Shown: piece after piece, positions 28,588-36,796 of the stretch
Layout of the letters: each line of letters opens with the position of its first letter
Position numbering within the stretch: the first letter of the stretch is position 1
Program-made: the position numbers and the translations under genes
The notes under the pieces: model-generated
The model's input: the letters and a program-made list of their open reading frames with translations, nothing else
The model's database searches: none
Told to the model about the DNA's origin: nothing
NCBI GenBank assembly: GCA_007128345.1
Contig: SKXS01000109.1
Location: forward strand, 1 to 50,247
Source: Spirochaetia bacterium
GTDB lineage: Bacteria; Spirochaetota; Spirochaetia; PWKH01
Length of the DNA stretch: 50,247 nucleotides
Reading direction: 5' to 3'

Positions 28588-29844
28588 CTACTCTTCAAAA
28601 AACTTGTTTCCTATATCGCTTCTGAACCATTTCCCTTCAAATTCTATCTCAGGCTCCAGTGCGTAGGCTTCAGTATTCGCGTCAATAATATTTGAGCTGA
28701 GGCCGACTGCGGTAAAGCATCTTCCTCCTGATGTGTACAGTTCATTTCCGCGGTTTTCCACGGCGCCGTAGAAGAGCAGCTGTGAGCTCGTAAGCGAGTA
28801 GGGAAGTGAGGTGACAGGCTTGCCCGTTTCAGGAAGCTGGGGATATCCGCGGCTTGCAAGGACCACCGCTACGGTGGAGCAGTCCGACAGCTCAAGAGGA
28901 AATCGGGAAATTGATCCCTGGTGTACCGATTCCAGGATATCCAGGAAGTCCGACCTGATGAGGGGGAGCAGGGCCTGGGTTGCAGGATCGTTGAACCGCA
29001 CATGGTAGTCCACCACCACCGGACGACCACCTTGAAGAATAATGCTAAAGATGAACACTCCTTTATATGAAAGGGACTCTTCCTCCATTCCCGCTAAAGT
29101 CGGTTCAACAATCGTGTCCCTGATGAGTGCTGATGCATCCTGGTCCAGTATAGGAACCGGGCAGACAGCTCCCATGCCTCCGGTGGCTGCTCCCCGGTCA
29201 TCCGTCTCGCTTTTCGTGTATTCGGAGCAGTTGGGCAGCATGAGGTATCCGCCGGTACCGTCGGTGAGTACCGTGATGGTAAGCGGTATTCCCTTGAGAA
29301 ACTCCTCGACGAACAGAGAGCTGTCCTTCAGCAGTTCAGAGGCAAAGCTCAGCAGTTTCTCCTGCTTTGCGCTGTCCAGCATTTCTCTGCTTGGTGCAAG
29401 GCCGTTGCGTTTGATGACAAATCGCCTGTCAGGATGGGCTTTGAGATATGCTGCAAGAGAGTCAATATCTTCTATCATCGTATAGGATGAACACGGTATG
29501 CCGTGGCGCTCCATGAAGCTTCGGGCAAATACCCGGTCACTCTCAAGCTTTAATGAATTTTTCGGTGCGCCAAACACCGGGTATCCTGCTTTCTGCAGCA
29601 CATTCACCACTCCTGCAGCCAGCGGGGTTTCAGTGCCTGCAAAGATGTAGTCTATATGGTGCTCCTTGCATGCCGAAAGAATTGCAGAGGAATCCGCAGG
29701 CCCGATAGTTGGCAGATTGGTTCCGAGCTTATTGGTCCCGGCATTGCCCGGAGCAATGTATAAGCCTGAAATTCTCCTGCTCTTCGAGAACATCCAGGCA
29801 ATCGCATGGTCCTTGGCCCCTGATCCGATGACAAGAATCTTCAC
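28588..29844 (-). CDS. purD: Phosphoribosylamine-glycine ligase
   Basis: ORF 28588-29874 trimmed to GTG 29844, which follows a GGGGAGGGA SD. VKILVIGSGAKDHAIAW... has the ATP-grasp layout, with GGMGAV and SGGR near the C-terminus. Confidence 0.9.
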   Translation of the reverse strand: MKILVIGSGAKDHAIAWMFSKSRRISGLYIAPGNAGTNKLGTNLPTIGPADSSAILSACKEHHIDYIFAGTETPLAAGVVNVLQKAGYPVFGAPKNSLKLESDRVFARSFMERHGIPCSSYTMIEDIDSLAAYLKAHPDRRFVIKRNGLAPSREMLDSAKQEKLLSFASELLKDSSLFVEEFLKGIPLTITVLTDGTGGYLMLPNCSEYTKSETDDRGAATGGMGAVCPVPILDQDASALIRDTIVEPTLAGMEEESLSYKGVFIFSIILQGGRPVVVDYHVRFNDPATQALLPLIRSDFLDILESVHQGSISRFPLELSDCSTVAVVLASRGYPQLPETGKPVTSLPYSLTSSQLLFYGAVENRGNELYTSGGRCFTAVGLSSNIIDANTEAYALEPEIEFEGKWFRSDIGNKFFEE

Positions 29845-29910
29845 TGCGTATTCCCTCCCCTGAGTAGTTACCAAAAAATACCACTGGAATACATTATGGT
29901 CAAGGATGCC

Positions 29911-30891
29911 TCAGCTCAGCACTTGTGTGAGGATCGACAGGTATGCTTCGCGGCTTTCAGCGTGAACGATCTCTGCCCGTAATGCGGCTGATCCTGGAAG
30001 ACCCTTCGTATAAGCGCAGATATGCTTGCGCATCTCCCTGCATGCCGCCTGCTCCCCCTTAATTTCAATCTGGTGGTCCAGGTGGACCGTGATCATATCA
30101 AGCAGTTCGCTGTCCGTGGGCTGTGGAGGGATATCCTGTCCTTCGAGGAATGTACGGATACGGGCGAATATTGCGGGATTGCCCACGGCAGCTCTCCCGA
30201 TCATGATCCCGTCAACGCCGCAAGTCTCAATCATGCGCCGGGCGTCCTCTGGAGAATTCACATCTCCGGATCCCACAACGGGGATGTCAAGCTCCCGTTT
30301 TACCTGGGTAAGGAGGTTCCAGTCAGCCTTGCCGGAGTACCCCTGGGCGCGGGTACGCGGATGGAGCGTTACGAACGACGCCCCTGCTGCCTGGGCAAGC
30401 CGAGCCGCCTCAACGCAGGTAATTGAACTGCTGTCCCATCCGGAGCGAATCTTGACGCTCACGGGGACGGAGGTCTCCCCGGTCAGTGCTCTGACGATAT
30501 CTGCTGCGTCATTGAACCGGTTCATGAGTGCGGATCCCGCTCCGGTCTTCACTACCTTGGGCACAGGGCATCCGCAGTTAATATCTATAACGGTAGGCTG
30601 GTACTCAAGCAGAACAGGCAGAGCCCTCAGCGCCTGGGAATAATGGGAAAGGAAAATCTGGATAACCAAATAATCCTCCCCGGGGGACCGTTCCATGAGC
30701 AATCGTGTCTTGACGCTTCCCCGGGCGAGGGCTTCAGCTGAAACCATCTCGCTCCAGCACAGCGAAGCCCCGTTTTGCAGGCATACCGTACGAAACGGGA
30801 CATCAGTAAACCCGGCAAGGGGGGCTAAAAAGAGATTTCCTGGTATGTGTACGTTTCCTATCGCGAAGGAATGGTAGAGATTATGCGTCAT
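29911..30891 (-). CDS. dus: tRNA-dihydrouridine synthase
   Basis: ORF trimmed to ATG 30891. LAPLAGFTDVPFR, IDINCGCPVPKV (catalytic Cys) and VTLHPRTRAQGYSGKADW are present. The subfamily (A, B or C) was not resolved. Confidence 0.9.
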   Translation of the reverse strand: MTHNLYHSFAIGNVHIPGNLFLAPLAGFTDVPFRTVCLQNGASLCWSEMVSAEALARGSVKTRLLMERSPGEDYLVIQIFLSHYSQALRALPVLLEYQPTVIDINCGCPVPKVVKTGAGSALMNRFNDAADIVRALTGETSVPVSVKIRSGWDSSSITCVEAARLAQAAGASFVTLHPRTRAQGYSGKADWNLLTQVKRELDIPVVGSGDVNSPEDARRMIETCGVDGIMIGRAAVGNPAIFARIRTFLEGQDIPPQPTDSELLDMITVHLDHQIEIKGEQAACREMRKHICAYTKGLPGSAALRAEIVHAESREAYLSILTQVLS

Positions 30892-31663
30892 GCCCGCTGA
30901 TGCCGAAAACCCTGAGGCTGTTCTCAAAGATCACCGGGGCAATCTCTTCAAGCGGCTCCTCCCTGAGCTCCGCGATGCCTTCAGCTACCTTGCTGAGGTA
31001 AGCGGGCTTGTTGCGCTTCCCCTGGTATGCCGAAGGGACCATGAACGGACTCTCAGTTTCTATGAGCAGGCGGTCCAGCGGCATGCTGGCAGCGGTTTCA
31101 TGGAGATTCCGTGCATTACGGTACGTGACATTCCCGGCAAAGGATAAATAGAGGTTCATATCCAGTGCTTTCTTCGCATAGTTCCAGTCCTCAGAATAGC
31201 AGTGGAGGATACCTCCCCTGGGAGGTATCCGGTCTTGGAGGATGCTGAGTACATCGCTGCCTGCTTCCCGGTTGTGGATGATGACTGGAAGATCAAGCTC
31301 CTTGGCAATGTCGAGCTGCTGGATGAAGAGTTCTATCTGGGATTTCTTATTGCCGAATTTCCGGTAGTAGTCCAGGCCGATCTCACCAATGGCAACTACA
31401 CGGTCCAGGGATGCTTTCTGGATGACCTGGAGGTCCCAGTCGTGTCCGGGGTTGGTGACTTCTGAAGGGGAAACCCCTACAGCATGATATACTTGTTTGG
31501 CAGTTTTCAGGTTGCTGTATACTTGGTCAAAGTCACCAAGAGAGTTGCATATGCTGACGATATGCTTCACCTGAGCTCGCTGTGCCTGCTTTACAATGAG
31601 TAACTGTTCAATTTGGTCTTCATGGATCAGACCAATATGCGCATGAGTATCAAAAAAATCCAT
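30881..31663 (-). CDS. tatD: TatD-family metal-dependent hydrolase/DNase
   Basis: MDFFDTHAHIG..., AIGEIGLDY, PVIIHNREA, GILHCYS and ETESPF are present. Confidence 0.9.
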   Translation of the reverse strand: MDFFDTHAHIGLIHEDQIEQLLIVKQAQRAQVKHIVSICNSLGDFDQVYSNLKTAKQVYHAVGVSPSEVTNPGHDWDLQVIQKASLDRVVAIGEIGLDYYRKFGNKKSQIELFIQQLDIAKELDLPVIIHNREAGSDVLSILQDRIPPRGGILHCYSEDWNYAKKALDMNLYLSFAGNVTYRNARNLHETAASMPLDRLLIETESPFMVPSAYQGKRNKPAYLSKVAEGIAELREEPLEEIAPVIFENSLRVFGISGHDA

Positions 31664-31718
31664 ACTGGTGTACCGCTTTTAAAAAAATATAGATTTGCTG
31701 TCTGAAAAAGACATATAC

Positions 31719-31747
31719 ACCATATCACGTTAAAAAGCCACAGTCAA
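31719..31747 (-). promoter_or_regulatory. Putative promoter of the tatD-dus-purD operon (TTGACT-N17-TATGGT on the minus strand)
   Basis: The reverse complement of 31742-31747 is TTGACT. The reverse complement of 31719-31724 is TATGGT. The -35 element lies 6 nt from the divergent + strand -35. Confidence 0.45.
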
Positions 31748-31753
31748 TTGCGT

Positions 31754-31782
31754 TTGACAATTATTTTGCTCCGTGATAGGTT
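31754..31782 (+). promoter_or_regulatory. Putative promoter of the PSP1-domain gene (TTGACA-N17-TAGGTT with an upstream TG)
   Basis: TTGACA at 31754-31759, TG at 31774-31775 and TAGGTT at 31777-31782. ATG 31792 begins 10 nt after the -10 hexamer. Confidence 0.45.
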
Positions 31783-31791
31783 TAACCCTCG

Positions 31792-32772
31792 ATGCAAGAA
31801 ACAGATGACGAGCATGAGGACACGAACGGGCCTATGAATGAAATAGAATATGAGAATGGTGGAGAACTCATTGAGGACGATGAGGTCCTCGAAGAAAAGC
31901 AACAGCCCTGCAGCAACAGCGGTGATCAGCCCTTTGCGCATTTGTTTCTGGTAAAGAATAACCATTCCAGCGAGACCTATGTATGCGGCTTCAGTGATCC
32001 CATTGAACGGGGGATCCAGGTTGTTTCCCCTACGCGATACGGAATTGACTTAGGGACTGTCCTGGGAGAACTTTCCTGCGGCGGCTGCAGTGCGAATGGC
32101 TCAATCAATGCAATTGTGCGCATCGCCACGGAAGCGGACTTGGAGAAATATCGGCAGAACTGCCAGCGGGAAGCGGATGCCTTCGAGATATGCAATGATA
32201 AAATTGCAAAGCACGGGCTGGAGATGCAGCTGGTTTCTGCGCACTATCTTCTGGAAGAGACGAAGGTGCTCTTTTTTTTCACCGCTGATTCACGGGTTGA
32301 CTTTAGGAACCTCGTGAAAGACCTGGTTGCTGTGTTCCGCATGCGTATTGAGCTGCGGCAGATCGGCGTGCGTGATGAAGCCCGGGTGGTAGGGGGCATT
32401 GCCGTGTGCGGAAGGGAGCTGTGCTGCAACAGCATCACCGACCGCCTGAATCCGGTTTCCATCAAAATGGCCAAGGAGCAGAATCTTTCGCTGAACTCCA
32501 TGAAGATATCCGGACCCTGCGGGAGACTGCTGTGCTGCCTTTCATACGAATATGATTTTTACCGGGACGAAAAGAAGCAGTGGCCTTCAGAGGGAAGCAG
32601 GATAGCATTTAACGGAGAAATGTGTAAAATCAGTGAGGTGAATATACTGTCGAAGAAAATATACCTCCAGGTGCCGGACGGACGTGTGACCGCAGTTCCC
32701 TTCATGTACCTGAAGCGGCAGGAAGATCAGAAGAGGTGGGAAATCGACCCATTATTCTTTGAAGAGACATAA
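31792..32772 (+). CDS. PSP1 C-terminal domain protein (RicT/YaaT-like) with an acidic N-terminal extension
   Basis: VLFFFTADSRVDFRNLVKDLVAVFRMRIELRQIGVRDEARVVGGIAVCGRELCC and GPCGRLLCCLSYEY are hallmarks of PSP1. The start is either 31792 or the in-frame ATG at 31834. Confidence 0.85.
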   Translation: MQETDDEHEDTNGPMNEIEYENGGELIEDDEVLEEKQQPCSNSGDQPFAHLFLVKNNHSSETYVCGFSDPIERGIQVVSPTRYGIDLGTVLGELSCGGCSANGSINAIVRIATEADLEKYRQNCQREADAFEICNDKIAKHGLEMQLVSAHYLLEETKVLFFFTADSRVDFRNLVKDLVAVFRMRIELRQIGVRDEARVVGGIAVCGRELCCNSITDRLNPVSIKMAKEQNLSLNSMKISGPCGRLLCCLSYEYDFYRDEKKQWPSEGSRIAFNGEMCKISEVNILSKKIYLQVPDGRVTAVPFMYLKRQEDQKRWEIDPLFFEET

Positions 32773-32798
32773 TTTTTTAAAATAAATAAACTATTATC

Positions 32799-32827
32799 TT
32801 GACAAGTTTTATACAGTTTGATACCTT
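32799..32827 (+). promoter_or_regulatory. Putative promoter of rpsT (TTGACA-N17-TACCTT with an upstream TG)
   Basis: TTGACA at 32799-32804, TG at 32819-32820 and TACCTT at 32822-32827. Confidence 0.4.
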
Positions 32828-32908
32828 ATCTTCTCGAGAGATGAGAAAAATTGTGGTCATGCCTTCGTGTATGACCGTATACCATACAGTTTATGGAGGT
32901 AACAGAGA

Positions 32909-33172
32909 GTGGCTAACACAAAGACAGCGGTAAAGCGTGATAAGCAGAGCAAGGCCCGGAGACTGAGAAACCGGATGGCAAAGAGCAAGCTCCGCACAGC
33001 AACACGCAGTTACCTGGAGACCGTCAATTCCCAAGACGCTTCCGCTGCAGAAGAACAGCTGAAACACGTGATAAGCCTCATTGACAAGTATTCGGGCAAA
33101 GGCGTACTGCATAGAAATACCGCTGCCAGAAAAAAGTCCAGGCTGAGCGCGAAACTCAACGCATTATCGTAA
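32909..33172 (+). CDS. rpsT: 30S ribosomal protein S20
   Basis: GTG start after a GGAGG SD. MANTKTAVKRDKQSKARRLRN...KGVLHRNTAARKKSRL. Confidence 0.92.
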   Translation: MANTKTAVKRDKQSKARRLRNRMAKSKLRTATRSYLETVNSQDASAAEEQLKHVISLIDKYSGKGVLHRNTAARKKSRLSAKLNALS

Positions 33173-33246
33173 CCCTGTGGTATGTTCATGTCTATGAAAT
33201 ACTATGAGATAGTTAGTATCATTGCTGAATAATGAAAGGAGGGATT

Positions 33247-33549
33247 ATGGCATCCCGTAAAATGACAAAGGCGGAAATTATTGAGCGTATACACCAGGAG
33301 AGCGATATCAACCGCGGAGAAATTCATCAGGTCATTGACAACTTGTTTGAAATCCTGAAAGATGGATTAGGAAAAGACCAGGTCATTGAACTCCGGGGGT
33401 TCGGCACCTTCGAGATTAGAACACGCAAGGGACGTGAGCGGGCCCGTAATCCTAAGACAGGTGAGATAGTGCCTGTGGAAACTCATGGAGTTGCTGTATT
33501 CAGACCAGGCAAGGAGCTTAAGCATATTGCCTGGCCGCTTCGTAAATAG
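33247..33549 (+). CDS. hup: HU/IHF-family DNA-binding protein
   Basis: ORF trimmed to ATG 33247, after an AAGGAGGG SD. LRGFGTFEIRTRKGRERARNPKTGEIVPVETHGVAVFRPGKELK is the HU beta-arm signature. Confidence 0.88.
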   Translation: MASRKMTKAEIIERIHQESDINRGEIHQVIDNLFEILKDGLGKDQVIELRGFGTFEIRTRKGRERARNPKTGEIVPVETHGVAVFRPGKELKHIAWPLRK

Positions 33550-33608
33550 TTTGCAGCAGGTCTGATAAAGAGAAGCATCTTACGCAGACGTTTAAAGGAT
33601 CCGGCACA

Positions 33609-35261
33609 TTGAAAGAGCATGGTATAGGCGGCAGGAAGCTCACCCCTCTGGGGTTTGAAGCCCTGTTGCTTTTTTCTGGGATCATCATTTTTGCCTTATC
33701 ATTTCCCAGCTTCGTCTCGGATTGGGGTTTTCCGGTACTGGGCTTCATCGCCCTCATTCCGATGTTTGCCCTCGTGCGGATGTCAAGCTGGAAGCTCATC
33801 GTGCCCTATGCACTCGTGTACGGCCTAGGCAAGTACGTCCTGTTCAACTACTGGCTGGCTGCGTTCCATCCCGGTGCAGTATTCATCGCACCTATCGTAA
33901 GCACCTCGCAGCTGCTTTTCACCTTCCCCATACTGAAAGCAATTGACCGTGCATACCCGAAGTATGGCTTCATCCTCCAGGCTGTTGCGTTTCTCGCCTA
34001 TGAGTATATTAAGACCCTGGGCTTTGTCGGTTATCCCTACGGGATTATCGGGTACTCACTGTACACTATGCTTCCCCTGATCCAGATTTCTGAAATAACC
34101 GGGGTATGGGGGGTAAGCCTGCTCATTCTGCTGCCCTCCGCATACCTGGGCCGCCTCCTGGTGGACTGGTATGAAGGGGGACTGCCTCTTGCGAAACGGA
34201 CCTGGTCGTTCCAGAAACCCTTCATGATTTCCTATGTCGTGTACTTTGCGTTTGTCCTGGTTTTCGGCCTGGTGCGTATGCACCAGGTACAGTCCTGGGA
34301 AGTAGCTCGGCACTGGAAGACAGCCCTGGTGCAGCACAATGCCGATACCTGGCTGGGAGGCTTCCAGCAGTATCAGCGTAACTTCCGGACCATGAGCAGA
34401 CTCAGCCTTGAGGCATTGAAGGAAGCACCTGATGTCGATATCATCATCTGGTCGGAGACAGCCTTCGTTCCGGGGATCTACTGGCATGCTAACTACCGGA
34501 CTGACCCGCAGATGCACAACCTGGTCAGGGAGTTTGAGACTTTCGCCAAGGACCTTCCGGTACCCCTGGTGACCGGCAACAGCGACGGTCGAAGAGAGAA
34601 CCCTGATCTGCCGGCTATACTGCCGAACAATACCTGGAACCGGGTTGACTACAATGCGGTCATCCACTACGAGGACGGGGAGCTCAAGGAATCGTATCGG
34701 AAGCTGCACCTCGTGCCGTTTACCGAGCATTTTCCCTATGAGCACGTATTCCCGCGGTTTCATGCGCTGCTGGAAGCCAACGATTTCCGGTGGTGGGAAA
34801 AGGGAACTGAAGCAACAGTATTCGTTACCGGTGACGGAGTCCGGTTTTCCACCCCAATATGCTTTGAAGATGTATTCGGGTACCTGACCAGGGACTTTGT
34901 GAATGCAGGAGCACAGGTAATTGTCAACCTTTCCAATGATTCATGGTCCCGGGCCGTCAGTGCCCAGATGCAGCACTATGCGATGTCAGTCTATCGGGCG
35001 ATCGAGACCAGGAGAGGAATGGTACGGAGCACGAATTCCGGCATGACCGTAACTATGGACGCATCCGGCAGGGTGATCGACATGCTTGATCCGTTCATCG
35101 AAACCTATCTGGTATCGACAGTACCGATCTATGCTGATCCGCCGCAGACCATATATCTCAGGTTCGGTGACTGGATGGCCCAGGGAGCCCTCATCTTGAC
35201 CGGGCTGAGTCTTGCTGCGGGGATTTTTCTGCTGATATTCCGCCGGAGCAGACAGCGATGA
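33609..35261 (+). CDS. lnt: Apolipoprotein N-acyltransferase
   Basis: A polytopic N-terminal half is followed by a CN-hydrolase domain (IIWSETAF, YRKLHLVPFTEHFPY, PICFEDVF, NLSNDSW). The TTG start is tentative. Confidence 0.88.
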   Translation: MKEHGIGGRKLTPLGFEALLLFSGIIIFALSFPSFVSDWGFPVLGFIALIPMFALVRMSSWKLIVPYALVYGLGKYVLFNYWLAAFHPGAVFIAPIVSTSQLLFTFPILKAIDRAYPKYGFILQAVAFLAYEYIKTLGFVGYPYGIIGYSLYTMLPLIQISEITGVWGVSLLILLPSAYLGRLLVDWYEGGLPLAKRTWSFQKPFMISYVVYFAFVLVFGLVRMHQVQSWEVARHWKTALVQHNADTWLGGFQQYQRNFRTMSRLSLEALKEAPDVDIIIWSETAFVPGIYWHANYRTDPQMHNLVREFETFAKDLPVPLVTGNSDGRRENPDLPAILPNNTWNRVDYNAVIHYEDGELKESYRKLHLVPFTEHFPYEHVFPRFHALLEANDFRWWEKGTEATVFVTGDGVRFSTPICFEDVFGYLTRDFVNAGAQVIVNLSNDSWSRAVSAQMQHYAMSVYRAIETRRGMVRSTNSGMTVTMDASGRVIDMLDPFIETYLVSTVPIYADPPQTIYLRFGDWMAQGALILTGLSLAAGIFLLIFRRSRQR

Positions 35262-36535
35262 AGGCGGCACTGTGCCTCATCGGCACAGAACTGACTAGGG
35301 GCATAATTCAGGATACCCATACCAAGCTGATTGCATCCACCCTCTCTTCACTTATGATAGAGGTTCTCCAGGTTACTTTGGTGCCCGATGACGGGACTAT
35401 TGAGACGGTGATCAGCTCGTTCCTCCATACAGCGGATGTCATTCTCTGTACAGGAGGGCTTGGCCCGACTTCCGACGACATTACCCGGGATGCAATCGCC
35501 CGCCTGGCTGGGGTTGATCTTGTTGAAGACCCAGAAGCCCTTGCACAGATGGAGCGTATGATCCGACGCCCGGCAGGAGATGCCAATCGGCGGCAGGTCT
35601 GCATTCCCCGGGGATTTACTATCCTGCAGAACCCCTTGGGGACTGCCCCGGGTTTTTTCGGACGCATTGGGGAATCTGTAGTATACTGTATGCCCGGGCC
35701 TCCCCGGGAGCTCGAACGTATGTTCCTCGAGGAGGTAGTTCCCCGCATCACCACAAAGGGTGGAGTGCAGGGTGACGAAATCCTGGAAGCATCGACCTTC
35801 CTCATCCCTGAATCACGGCTTGAGGAACTCTGCAGAGTGTGTGCTGACAGTTCGCTGCGCTGGGCAACCCGTGTGCAGACTGCGAAGATCAGCCTCTATA
35901 TCAGGGGAGGAAGCGAAGTCTCACGGACGGCAATGATCAGCCGGATGCAGGAGCATGCAGGAAAGGAACTTGTCCGAATGGGAAGCGTTACCCCAGCAGA
36001 ATCGCTGATCAGCACCTGCATGGATATGCAGGGTATGTGTGTGTTTGCAGAGTCGTGTACAGGAGGCATGATCAGCAAGGAACTTACTGATGTGCCCGGC
36101 AGTTCAGGGGCATTCTGGGGATCCTTCGTTACCTATGCGGATGAGGCAAAGCGGATGATGCTCGGAGTCTCTGCACAGACTCTTGCTGCGTATGGTGCGG
36201 TCTCTCGGGAGACGGTCCTGGAAATGGCTGAGGGAGCGCTTTCCAGATCGCAAGCCCATGTATCATGCTCGGTTTCCGGGATAGCAGGACCTGAAGGGGG
36301 AAGCCCCGGAAAACCTGTAGGTACAGTTTGGTTCGGGTTTGCTTCCCATACAGGAAGAACGGCAGCACTGCAATGGGTCTGGGGATATCCCAGAAGAGAT
36401 TTAATCAGAAGACGGGCAACGGCTGCGGCACTGCTGCTGACCGAAACGTTTCTAAAGGGGTGTGAGGTGCTTGACACGGTTTCACAGTGGCAATATAGTG
36501 ATAGTAACATCAAGAGACTTGATACACACCTCTGA
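35258..36535 (+). CDS. cinA: CinA-family protein (MoCF-binding domain plus nicotinamide-nucleotide amidohydrolase domain)
   Basis: ATGA overlap with lnt. IGTELTRGIIQDTH, TGGLGPTSDDITRDA, ESCTGGMISKELTDVPGSS and GIAGPEGG are present. Confidence 0.9.
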   Translation: MKAALCLIGTELTRGIIQDTHTKLIASTLSSLMIEVLQVTLVPDDGTIETVISSFLHTADVILCTGGLGPTSDDITRDAIARLAGVDLVEDPEALAQMERMIRRPAGDANRRQVCIPRGFTILQNPLGTAPGFFGRIGESVVYCMPGPPRELERMFLEEVVPRITTKGGVQGDEILEASTFLIPESRLEELCRVCADSSLRWATRVQTAKISLYIRGGSEVSRTAMISRMQEHAGKELVRMGSVTPAESLISTCMDMQGMCVFAESCTGGMISKELTDVPGSSGAFWGSFVTYADEAKRMMLGVSAQTLAAYGAVSRETVLEMAEGALSRSQAHVSCSVSGIAGPEGGSPGKPVGTVWFGFASHTGRTAALQWVWGYPRRDLIRRRATAAALLLTETFLKGCEVLDTVSQWQYSDSNIKRLDTHL

Positions 36536-36796
36536 ACCATTATGTATGAACCATTCCTGGATATTCAGTTAGTGAAGCAGGTGGTAATTGACGATAACTT
36601 AAGAGTAGTACTCGCGGAATCTCTTATCTAGCAAATATTAGCAGAGGAAGTGCAGACAGTCGATGCACTCTATGGAACGAGATTATCAAACAGACGGAAC
36701 ACTACTATGCCTCCAGCATGGACCATGCAGCAGACACCGCTCACAGGATATCTGCAGTTGTGTCTGTTCGGAGAAAAAAAATGAGGATGATACCCT

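Noticed and set aside
33553-33595. Possible terminator after the HU gene: GTCTG...CAGAC followed by GTTT.
   Set aside because: It has only a 5-bp stem, a 19-nt loop and a very short T-run, which is not convincing.
36542-36631. A 29-codon ORF (MYEPFLDIQLVKQVVIDDNLRVVLAESLI) just after cinA.
   Set aside because: It has no SD and no recognisable features, and it is likely a chance ORF in a 261-nt gap.
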